Shown here: piece after piece, positions 12,232 through 23,935 of the stretch
Numbering within the stretch: position 1 is the first letter of the stretch
How the letters are laid out: every line of letters starts with the position of its first letter
NCBI GenBank assembly: GCA_043228905.1
Contig: JBHGNT010000041.1
Span: 166,075-230,074 of the forward strand
Direction: 5' to 3'
Source of the DNA: Azolla caroliniana
Lineage: Eukaryota; Plantae; Polypodiophyta
DNA length: 64,000 nt
The notes under the pieces: generated by a model
Told to the model about the DNA's origin: nothing
Databases searched by the model: none
The model's input: only the letters and a program-made list of their open reading frames with translations
Translations under genes and position numbers: made by a program

Positions 12232-15200
12232 TATTAGAGATCATGGTACTAAAGTAAGCTTAAGATAAGGATAAACTAATGATAGATAGAAAGGAGAAAG
12301 AGAAAGAAGGGTGCCGATCCACCCGACCACCCCCGAGTGAAGGGATCGAGACGGACTCGAGCCTCGATCGGCGTCCCATACCACCACCGTGGCATCGAGT
12401 CGTACCTGGTGCTGGCGTGCTTGCTACAAGAGTTGACCCACCACAAGAGCAGAGTCTCGATGTAGTCAAAAGATGATCCAATGAGGGTAGTTAGGCCTCT
12501 TATTTATAGCGATACCCAAGGCCCCTAGGCAAGTTCACACTTGACCTAATGGGTTGTCTCAATCCCGAGGATTAAAAGTAATCCTCCCCTTCTTTACACT
12601 CTCGTTTAACCCTCACACTTATCCACGTGTATAGAATACTACGGTAATTCTCACCACGGGATATTAAATGGCCATGCCCGTAACATACTCCCCTTCTTTA
12701 AAACATTGCACTCTTGCAATGGAAAGTTAGGGAAATTTGTTCTTAGAGTATTCTCGCGTTCCCATGTGGCATCTTTGATAGATTTGTCCATCCATTTAAT
12801 TTTAAATTCTCGGATTTCTTTAGTACGTAACTTTTTTGTTTTAATATCGAGAATTCTTTTTGGTACATGTGGTTTCAAAGATAAATCTTCAGAAGTAACC
12901 AGAGTTTCAGTTGTAACTGTGTTGTCGCCAGAACCTAGAAGTTCTTTTAGACGACTCACATGGAAGACTGGATGAATTCCAACACCATCGGGAAGAGCGA
13001 GATGATAGGCTAATGACCCAATGCGTTTGAGGACTGTAAAAGGTCCACAAAACCGTGGGGCTAACTTAGCGCACTTACCCGTAGAAAATGTCTTAGAATT
13101 GTGAGATACACGTAAAAATACCTTCTGTCCAGGGTTGAATACACGAGGTTGCCTATGATGGTCATCATAAAAACGCGCTCTATCTTGAGCTGTTTTTATA
13201 TTATCTCGTGCAATATGCAACATATCTTGTATATCCCGAAGAAAGTTTTGCGTACTTCGCAACTCATCATGATGTATATTAACATCAATCGGGGCTCGTG
13301 GCTGAAAACCATACATCAACATAAAAGGACTATATCCCGTCGACGTATGCTTGGAGCTATTATAAGCAAACTCCAAAATTGGGAGATAACGTTCCCATTT
13401 TGTTGGTTTTGCACCAACGTATGCTCGAAGCATGTCCTCAATAATTTGATTTACTCGTTCTGTCTGTCCATTGGATTGAGGATGATCCGTGGAGCTCATG
13501 CTCAACGTAGTTTCTAACTTCTTAAAGACTTGCGTCCAAAATTCACTAGCAAACTTTGGATCTCGATCACTCACGATATCCATCGGTAACCCATAAAAAC
13601 GAAACAATTCGTCAACGAATTGGTAAGCCAATTCAGGAGCTATTACCGTGGTTTTAGTAGCAATAAATTTGGCCATTTTAGTTAGTCGATCAATGACAAC
13701 CCAGATGGCATCATGACCTTTTTGGGTGCGAGGAAGGCTAACAATAAAATCCATGGATATACTTTCCCACTTATTATTGGGAATGTCCAAGGGATGTAAA
13801 AGTCCTGCGGCTTTAAGTCGCTCGGGTTTGTTAACCTGACACTGGTGACATTTAGTCACATAGCTATGTATGTCAGGACGCATCTTAGGCCAATAAAAAT
13901 GAGTGGAGATGAGAACGAGTGTATGATGTATTCCAGGGTGCCCTGCTGAGGGTGCACCATGGCATTAAAGAAGAATCCTCTTTTTGACCTCGGGTAAATC
14001 TGGAACACAAACCTTCCCATTACGATAGAGCAAACCGTTAGCAATGTGGAAGTATTCCTTCGAGGATGTGGTGGTGTATGTTCCAGACTCAACTCTTGCC
14101 CAGTATTTTGCAAAATAACTTTCATCGGGATACTTTCCTCAAAGGTGATCATAAAGATCTTATGTTATTTCAGTGAAGCTAAGCATGTTAACTTCACAGA
14201 TGCGTCTTAGTGCATTAGCGACAGTGTTCATGGAACCTTCACGATATCGTATGGAAAAATCAAAGTCCTGGATGAGATCAGCCCATTGTGCCTTACGACC
14301 TTTCAAGTCTTGTTGGTCACAAAAATATTTCAAGGACTCGTGGTCTGTAGTTACCACAAAGCGATTTCCATAAAGATAATGGCGCAATGTTTTGAGCGCA
14401 TGTATAACTGCAAATAATTCCTTTTCTTGAACGGTATACCGACATTGAGCAGAATCAAGTTTCTTACTCTCGAATGCTATTGGTTTACCATCTTGATACA
14501 AGAAAACACCTATAGCATAATTGCTTGCATCGGTTTCAACCTCAAAAGGTTTTGAAGGATCAGATAAAAGAAGTGAAAGAGCCTTGCAAACCAAGTCCTT
14601 GAGTTCCTTAAAGGCGAGGTCTAGTGTAGCATTCCACACAATAGGTTTTGTAGACTTACGCCTTTGACCTTTTAAAATATCAGTAAACGGCGTCGTCAAT
14701 TGGGAGTAATTACGAAGAGACTTTCGCAAAAACCCAACAAAACCAAGGAATGATCGAACTTCTCGAATATTCCGAAGAGTGGGCCAAAGCTTGATTTTCT
14801 CAATGTGAGAAGGATCAATTTCAACTCCTTGTTCGGTTATGAGATGTCCTAGATAAGTAATTGATTTCTTGAAGAACTCACATTTTGAGATCTTCGCATA
14901 AAACTGTTTGTCACGCAATGTTTGTAAAATGAAGCGGACATGTTTAGCATGTTCTTGTAATGTACGGCTATAAACTAAAATATCATCCAAGAAAATAATG
15001 ACAAATTTTCCAAGTTGTTCTCGGAAAATGTCATTCATTTCTTGTTGAAAAGTAGTTGGAGCATTGGTCAAACCAAAAGGCATAACCAAAAACTCGTAAT
15101 GGCCATAGCACGTACGAAATGCCGTTTTAGGAACATCGTCCTCACTTATTCGTATTTGATGGTAGCCAGTACGGAGATCAAGTTTTGTAAAATACTGAGC

Positions 15201-18200
15201 TCCTTGGAGACAGTCAATTAGATCGTCAGCCCGGGGCAATGGATACGGATTCTTGATCGTCACTTTATTCAAGCGTCGGTAATTAATACACATACGCCAT
15301 GTGCACTCTTTCTTTTTTACCAAGAGAACTGGTGCACCCCATGGAGATTTACTATAACGTATGTAACCCATTAGTAAATAGTCCTTGAGTTGCTTAGATA
15401 CCTCATCCTCTTCGGATCGACTTAAGCGATAAGGAGGTATACTTATTGGTGCAACACCAGGTACAATATCTATACGATGGTCTATATTACGTTTAGGAGG
15501 TAAGCCATCTGGTAGTTCACTCGGAAAAACATCACAAAAATCATTTAAGATTTCATCAAGTTGTTGTTGTTCAAAATATGTTCATTGAACTGAGACATTA
15601 TCGATATTGTAAACGTGAATGTCCGGATCAAGTACACAATAAAATAGAGTAGAACAAGACAACTCGGATATTGATGGACACGAGGAAACAATCGAGAGGG
15701 ATTGTTTTTTTACACATTGAATAAAATGAGTACAATCGTTCGGTACAAATGTAATTGAATGATGAACCAAATCAATAGATAAAGAAGAGTTTTTATTATA
15801 AAACCAGGGATAACCCAGTATTACATCGGTGGTACAAAGATTCATTACATGGAAGTCTACTTCCTCTATATAAGTATCAATAGATATTCCTAATGAATGA
15901 ATTGCCTCGTTGATGTATTGTACTCTTCTATCAGCCAAGTGCACCGTGTAGGTGTGATCACTTACGGTGGGTTGGATTCCCCATATCTGAACCAAACGAT
16001 CATTCACAAAATTGTGTGAGCTTCCCGAATCAAATAAAAATTGTACGGGAGATCCATTGATATACCCGTTTGCACGTAGTAAATAATTGGGACCCAATAC
16101 ATAGTGAGGGAAAAAACATTGAGAATTACTTAAATGATGTGTATAGACTTGAAGGACATTAGGAATCTGACTTTTATGGTCTGCAGCTTTAGCTTTGTTG
16201 TCGTGCTCTTTCCGTTGGAGCTTTCGACATTGATCTTTTGTATGACCCTTCTTTTTGCAGAATACGCAAAAAGGATGTTGTCGCTTACAATCGCGATCCA
16301 TGAATTCATTGGGTGTCTTGCGTTTCCCAACGAATTGCGACTGCTTAGTCCCAGGCGCTTCGTTGGGTTTGTTGTGGTCCTTCTTCGAAGTGCGTTGATA
16401 GCGAAGAACTATTTCAACGGCATCTTCGAAGGATTTTGGATCCTTATCGTGCACTATCCAGTGATAGTCCGAATTGGGGATGCCATTGACAAAACAAGCT
16501 ATCAACCAATTGTCCCCTTCTAGACCCGATTTTTGGATTTGGGTTGTAGCATGGTGAACATAGTCTTCTAGCGAGGAAAATTTCTTACTAAAAAGGTTCA
16601 TTAAAGCTTGTGTTGCCTCGGTTCGAGAGGGAGGTTGCAGAAATTGGCCCTTAAAAACCGTGACAAAATCTGTCCAGGTATTGGGCAATTTCCCCATAGT
16701 ACGGAGCCCACGCCACCAGGCGGCGGCCTTACCCCCGAGTTCTCAACCGACATATGCAATCTTCGTACTATCTGGTGTGGGATAGAGCTCAAAATGAGAC
16801 TCCCATCGTCCCAGTCATGTGCAAATTGCTTCTTCGGTTCTTTCCTTTTTGTCTCCCGTAAATGGCTTAACGACAAATGATGGTTCACCTTGTCACTCAT
16901 CAGGTCTATTAGTCTCACGTTGTAGACTAATGACACGTGCCTCAAGAGCACTCTGAGATTGCCGAAGTTCGGTCATCTGTTCAGCGGTGAAACTAAGGTA
17001 TTGGGTTATTTGTGCCAAATACATCTCAGTGGACATTTGTCCAGGAGGATTCCCTTGAGTTCCTTCTGCTTGAGCGGATGACATCGGGTCGTTAATTTGA
17101 GCCATTAAAGATTATTTCTGGAAAAGAAATAGGATAAGGTCAGAGAGATAGTCATAACATCATGTCGTGATGTAAACATATCATGGGCAAACATTAATCG
17201 ATATCATGATCTCACGTCAATACCCCTCTAGACGTATGAGATGAGGTTCAAGATCAGGTTACTATGGTAACACAAAGGTGTTTTAAAAACCATGGAGGTG
17301 ACAATTTAATGTCTTTCCCTGATCTCTATATCGATTTTTTCATGGTGGCTCCCTGAGGCTCAACCATGTATGTTCGCGTCATGAGTAGTTTATACACGAA
17401 AAAAATGTTAACAATAAACTATGTTTCTTTGCCCACATATGTGGTTTCGGCTCTTTAAGTCCTATTACGAGGACCCCGAGGTGCACTTAGACCTTAAGTC
17501 TAAACATGTGTTATAGTCATATGTATCAAGGATGTTGTATGGTCTTGGTCATATTTGAACTCGAGACCTCGAGAACAAATACATTAAACACTTGAGCCAA
17601 CCAAGTAAGTTGCTCTTCTCGAATGCTTAATGTTTGATGCGTATAAGAGATATGCGAGGCATTTGATCATATATGTTTTTTTTAAAAGAACATATATGTC
17701 AAGGGTCCTTATTTCGCCCTCATTTACCAAAACTATGTTGGTACGTTACCTAACCTCAACTATCGTAATTACGATGGCATACGCCAAAGTGCAACCTAAT
17801 GGTCAAGCCAAATGAGCCCTCGTTTCATAGTAGGCCCACGTGGCCCATCACATGGTCACGTCATTACGAATGCCTCTCGTAAGAACGAGCTCATGGTGGC
17901 ATCGTATCCATGTAACGAGGGAGGGATGTTGGATACGTAGGTCATTGGAGCGACCTCACTTGAAGTGGGTCAAGCCCTACGTACTCAAAATCATTATGGC
18001 TATAGGCGTTTCTTTACGTAACGAAATCGAGGTCATCAACGGGGTTGTCAACAATCAAAAATTGTTGAAAAAGGGATGGTGACAACGCCATTCTCACAAA
18101 AATGTGAGGACGGCCACCAACATCCTTTTCCCGACAAGGACAACTTTCGATATAATCACGTAATAACGAATATACACATATGTTTACTTATCACATATAT

Positions 18201-19055
18201 ACGATCAAACACATATATACGTGACCACATATGCCTATATTAAACATATCGTTAAAATTAAATAGCCAAAAATGATGTGATCGAGATACGTAATCAAGGT
18301 ATATAAACCTCTACGCACACGAAACATCCACAAATAAGAGATCATCATAATACACAATTGAGGTATTGACCTCTTACGCATACGAGACCAAACGCATATC
18401 CTTTACAACAAATCAAGGTATTAAACTCATACGCAAACGTAACATATGTTCGTGAACGTAATATGTAATTGAGGTATTAACCTCGTACGCATACGACACT
18501 CATCACATATTATTTATATGTCAAACGAGGTATTGACCTCGTGCACATATGTAAACGTTTTAAATAATCAATTAAAGACCACTACAACATCATTGACTTA
18601 ATGAAAAAAAATGACATATAAACTAAACACATGATTAGATGGGAGAAGAGAGAATAGAAAAAAAAAATTTATTACGGAAAGAGTTACCGAAGTTCTTCGT
18701 TGATCGTTGTCTGGATCAAGGCCGACCGCACATCGATCGATCACCATCAATCAAAAGACAAAAGACAAACAAAGAAACATTAGTACATAGCTCTGATACC
18801 AAATATTAGAGATCATGGTACTAAAGTAAGCTTAAGATAAGGATAAACTAATGATAGATAGAAAGGAGAAAGAGAAAGAAGGGTGCCGATCCACCCGACC
18901 ACCCCCGAGCGAAGGGATCGAGACGGACTCGAGCCTCGATCGGCATCCCATACCACCACCGTGGCGTCGAGTCGTACCTGGTGCTGGCGCGCTCGCTACA
19001 AGAGTTGACCCACCACAAGAGCAGAGTCTCGATGTAGTCGGTCATGCCCGTAACA
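12232..19055 (-). mobile_element. Ty3/gypsy chromovirus copy 1 (degenerate)
   Basis: TSD GGTGG at 12227-12231 and 19056-19060. 5' LTR 18804-19055 and 3' LTR 12232-12685. tRNA-iMet PBS (reverse complement GCTCTGATACCA) at 18790-18801. PPT adjacent to 12686. Confidence 0.95.
12651..17105 (-). pseudogene. gag-PR-RT-RH-INT-chromodomain polyprotein, frameshifted
   Basis: CCHC motif [14 protein letters not shown], protease FDSGS, RT FLDDIL, RNase H ETDAS, integrase SDRD/GQTER and C-terminal chromodomain. Near-identical to 39497-43930. Confidence 0.95.
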
Positions 19056-19639
19056 GGTGGCCTAATTAACAAGTTGGGTGGGATTAATAGGTTGGGTGAC
19101 CTGATTAATATAGGTTGGGTGGCCTGATTAACTTGTTTATGAGAAGAGATGTTAGATAAGAAGGTTGGGCGACCTGATTAATAGTGGTTGGGTGGCCTAA
19201 TTAATAGGTTGGGTGATCAATGTCAAAAATAGCAGACACAAATGAAACAACATATCTTTAAAAACAACAAACATAAATCACAATATGAGTGAGAAAACAT
19301 CATATCTTTGAATAAAAAACAATGAAACACCAGATCAATGAAACAATCACTTTATGAGTATGAAACAATAGATCAACTTATAATAGACAGACACTTTACA
19401 TAAACAACTTTTCCATTAATAAGTATTTTCAATATACAATGAGTTGAAACTCACTATGTAAAGAGTGGACCATAATTACAACATCCGTCAATAACAAAAT
19501 ATAATACCACATTTACAACATCCGCTCGTAGACAATATATTTACAATTATATGACGATATTTACAATATCCGTCGTAGACAAAATATCTATGGCCATGAC
19601 AAAATTTGGGTAGCCATGACAAAATTTACATTATGGGGC

Positions 19640-20360
19640 CACTAGTTGCAGCTGGAAATCCCTGTACCCTTCGTGCCCACTCATCCACATGAATCCGAAG
19701 TGAATCCACTTCGCGTTTGGTGAACCACATCGATGTGCCCTGTCACCAAATATGTATAAGAACACAACTATACAAAATCCACATAATACATCCATTTGCA
19801 ACTACACTTACAAAAGTCGGAGATATCCATCCTCGTAAGAACTCCTCGCCAACATCTGTATAGTCTTCATCACGTAAAAGCCACAATCCCAACCACTTGG
19901 CTGAGTTTGGATATGCAATACATGATGTCGACCCTCAGGGACAATGGTGTGGCTTGATGGTTCATTAGAAATTGTCCGAATTGCGATCTCCACAAGACTC
20001 CGCAAGTTGCTAGTCCTCGCGTCGTTTAGTGAATCGCAGAAGACTACTTTGCTTGTCAACTTAGAAACTTTGTGTTGCATCTTTGTCCACAAAACCTAAT
20101 GAACCTGAACCATGATTGGAATGAAGATGAAATCATGGTCATCCACCTTCCCAAGGATGTTTTGCCCCTTCGTCGTTTGGTTGTGTAGCTGCAACCATAG
20201 TGGGTCGACTATGGTGAATCGTTCTGTCACATCAGGTGGCAATGAGTACTCCATAAACGTGGTGAATAATATCATCATCATGTTGATGCCTTTTCTCCAT
20301 CCTTGCCCATGGTCTCAAGTTCTGACTTTGTAATGTCAACTGCCATATCGAGTCATCTAC
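19640..20360 (-). pseudogene. Ulp1-like (peptidase C48) domain of the MULE2 accessory gene
   Basis: FTIVDPLW...DFIFIPIMVQVH*(W), FCDSL and QPSGWDCGFYVMK give the His-Asp-Gln-Cys order of C48 proteases. Confidence 0.8.
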
Positions 20361-20575
20361 AGGTCAGCTGGTACATATATGTATAGAAACATGCATGTAT
20401 CATGAATTAAAACAAACTTAATGTTGGTTAGTAGGATAACAATTGACAAACACAAATAAATGACCTAGAAAAATGTTTGTCTGATGTTTGCGTAGACACA
20501 TCGGATAGGTTTAGAGCCTCACCTACATCAGTGGACACACCACCCTCTTCGGTGGATATCCCTGCCTTTTTACGT

Positions 20576-21336
20576 TGTTGTGCCTTTTAGCGTCAGATCG
20601 TTTGCGTGAGTCGGGTGGGAACCGCTGGGGTTTTGGACTAGGAAGAGGAAGAATTTGAGACGATTTTAATTATAAATAGATTATTATAAACTTGCGAATC
20701 CCACAAGTATAATATATTTTATTAATCAGTATTTAGATAAGAATATGTATTTAGATTGAAAGAAAGATATAAGAAACTTGTGAATCCCACAAGTATAGAT
20801 TATATTGTTTTCGTGAATCCCACGATTATATTAATTGGTTGGTGTTTTTGGAAATATATCCAATTTCCAAGTATTTCACACCCCTTTTACATTGTGCTCC
20901 CCATCCTTATGTAGTGATGAGGGAGTCTTAATAATCCATGCTTTTTTTTCCTAACTATAGGCTCCATGCTTTTCTTATAGATAGACTATATGCTTTATCT
21001 AAAGTGATCATGCTTTTTCTAACTTGTGCGTTTTTATCGACTATAGCGTTCATGCACGCTAGATGTGCATGCGTAGCTTTTTCTTTTAGCATGCGTTTTT
21101 CTTTTAACTAAAGTTTATCCTACGTGAACTTAGCTTTCTATGTGGGACATCTACTTTTTAACACTAATGAAATGCTAGTGTAATGGTAAGGTTTCACATT
21201 ATTAAAATGGAGGTGCAAGGTTTGAATCTTGCCCTATGCATGTTATATATATTTTAATATTTTCTACTATTTATTCATATTTATTAAATCGGTACTTTAT
21301 AAGTTTTTCACATAGTGTACGAAATACACTACGACA
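20576..21336 (-). mobile_element. Solo LTR related to 6819-8063
   Basis: TG...CA ends with an exact 4-bp TSD ACGT at 20572-20575 and 21337-21340. It shares AACCTTGCACCTCC and AACCCCRGYGGTTC blocks with the LTR at 6819. Confidence 0.7.
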
Positions 21337-21429
21337 ACGTGACTATTTCACCACAATAAGACACATGTTATTATCTGCATTCTGCCTATAAACACTCCAA
21401 CACATATCAAGAATGAAATCCTCGCACAT

Positions 21430-22290
21430 ACTTACATAAGAATCCAAACCAGAAGAAATCTTCTTCTTCAACATCTCCAACCACTCATCCTTTTTGGAGT
21501 CGTAGATCGCCATCTCATGGTCCATAAATCGTGCCACAAACTCTGCCTCTGTGTCACGTCAAAGTTCAACGGGAATAGAATTGAACCTCGAAACAACCCT
21601 AAACTTCAACTTCCAGATGTATGATTGCCGATTGCTATGGTACTTGATTTCGGGGTCCATGAATCTTTTGAGTGATCTCTGAAGCTCATAGCTATTGAAA
21701 CATACCCCCGGAGTACCCTCCTCTATACGCAACACTCGTGGTAGAACTATGGCAATTCCATGTGCCCTATGTAAATGTGTTTCCATGTCGAATTATTTGC
21801 GATACCACCATAGCGAGAGGCTGCAATACTCAGCCACAATACATGCATTGGCCTTGTTCCCATTTGCATCTCTTCCAACCTTATACAACGAGTCTGGGCT
21901 AGGAGCATTTGTTGTTTCTGTATGTGTTAGATATGCTAGACCATTTGTTACATAAAGATTGACCTAATACAACGAGACCAAATCCACATACCATTTGGAG
22001 GAGCATCTTTGTCGAATGATGCCATGGCCTGTATGGGCTCGACCCGAGGATGATGAACCACCAATGCCTAATCCATGCTCTCCCCACCCTTAGACATGTC
22101 GGTTGCACAACTTCGCCAATGTCTTCTAACGAAAACCCTCTAACAAATCATCAGTCAGCATACATGCATCACACATCATTACCACTATTAGGGGAAATTG
22201 GTTCGTGACATACCTCTCTTGAGTTGGATATTTATCACCATTATCGAAATCCCAACACTCTTTGTACTTGGACCTAGCAACCATCTACCA
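21430..22290 (-). pseudogene. Upstream exons of the MULE accessory gene, domain unrecognised
   Basis: EFVARFMDHEMAIYDSKKDEWLEMLKKKISSGLDSY followed by a GTAAGT donor. The homologue at about 46830-46950 reads KFMAHEMAIYDSTKDQHMEKFKLKVVVATESY with the same donor. Confidence 0.6.
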
Positions 22291-22339
22291 CCATTCAAGG
22301 AAAAGAAAACATATAGAAATGACGCAAAATCGTAAATAA

Positions 22340-23400
22340 GTAATCAACCGTAAACCATTAATAATCAATAAGTCTTTGCAAGTCTATTCTATGATCAATA
22401 AGCTAAACATGTTCTAAACCTTCTCCCTAACATTCTAATATCAAGCCATAATTAACAATCCGCAACGGTCCGGTTCCGAAATGAACCGAATTGCGAAACC
22501 ACGACTTAACAGTTTAAACGGTTCGGTTCAAGTTCAAGTTTTTTTTAACGGTTCGGTTTGGATTGGGGGGTGAATGGTTCGGTTCGGTTCGGTTTTAATT
22601 GTTTGAAATTGCAGTTTAAATGGTTTGATGGTTTTTAAAAAATTTTAAAATAAAAATAAAATTTTTAAATTTTTAAACAACCTTTTTATTTTTAAGCCTA
22701 ATCCTCAAATTTTGGGAAAAATCTTTAAATTTTTGAATTTTTGAATTTTTGAATTTTTACTTAAGTTGAAAACCGAAACGACGGTTTTAGCGGTTTAATG
22801 GTTTAACCGTTTGGATTTTTACCAAACGGTTTGGTTTAAATGGTTTTGGTTTCGTGGTTCAGTTCAGTTCAAGTTTCAATATTTTTAAACGGTTCGGTTT
22901 GGACAATCTCGAACCGAACCGAACCATTGCCGATTGTTAGCCATAATATCAAGTTAATATCATAACATCAATTGTAAACCATTAATAATCAATATCAAGC
23001 TAATGTCATAATATCAACCGTAAACCATTAACATTCTAATATCAAGCATTAATATCATAGTATCAACCGTAAACCGTTAATAATCAATATCAAGCTAATA
23101 TCATAATATCATTAATAATTAATATCAAGCTAATACCATAATATCAACCGTAAACCATTAACATTCTAATATCAAGCATTAAACCGTAAACCATCACACA
23201 TCTGTAATGATCAATAACCTAAACATGTTCTAAACTGTTCCTAAGAATAAACCTAATCATTGTATCAAGCCAAACCCTAAACAGTTTCTACAATCATACT
23301 ATCACGCTAAACCCTAAACCTTCTCCCTAACATTCTAATCTCAAGCCATTATATCAAGCTAATATCATAATATCAACCAAAACCTTCTCCCAAACCATAA
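22340..23400. repeat. AT-rich ~45-bp tandem repeats in a putative 5' intron of the accessory gene, split by the MITE
   Basis: ATCAACCGTAAACCATTAATAATCAATATCAAGCTAATATCATAAT recurs. Minus-strand donor AG|GTATGT near 23472. Confidence 0.7.
22453..22939. mobile_element. hAT-type MITE, 487 bp
   Basis: TIR TAACAATCCGCAACGG versus reverse complement TAACAATCGGCAATGG. 8-bp TSD GCCATAAT at 22445-22452 and 22940-22947. GGTTC subterminal repeats. Confidence 0.85.
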
Positions 23401-23935
23401 TCCCTCAACATGAAAAAGCCAACCACATAATAAAAAAAAGCAGAAAACGTAGAGACAAACACAAATACATACCTGGGAAATAGTAGTGTGGCTATGGCAT
23501 ATGTGATTGCTGGAAATGTCGATTGCATGCTGCTTGAAAAAAATCACTTTCCCGGCAAAAATACCTGTCAATCTTATTTGAAAAATGAGAGATAATGACA
23601 GGTTTTTAGGTTTTATAGTCGTTAGTTGGGCGACCAATGTACTCTGAAGATACATGCGGTTGGGTGACCAACTTACTTTGAGGATACATGTGGTTGGGCA
23701 ACCTAATTAAAAGGTTGGGCGATCCCTCCACACTTAATGGGTTGGGTGACCACGCGTCGGTTGGGCGACCTCTCAACAACTTTTTTAGTCGCGCTCTTTT
23801 TTATTATCCAAATCGAACAATGCAAATCGCACACACCATTAGCTGAGCGACCTGCACCATCTGTGGTTGTGATTCCCTCACCAGCCCTATTTATGATTTG
23901 TTGCATAATAGACACGTCGATACCATACCATACAT

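Larger units (their letters stand above)
6689..23919 (-). mobile_element. MULE copy 2: full-length, Kaonashi-like (transposase plus Ulp1-like gene), with nested inserts
   Basis: The left TIR (6689-6812, CTCGTGTCTATTAT...GGTGAGGGAAT...TTGGATAA) matches the reverse complement of 23800-23919. Transposase and C48 protease relics lie between them. Confidence 0.8.

Noticed and set aside
17630-18082. Antisense extra ORF in the chromovirus leader (also 38562-38786)
   Set aside because: Differences between the two copies are mostly non-synonymous and the frames are not preserved.
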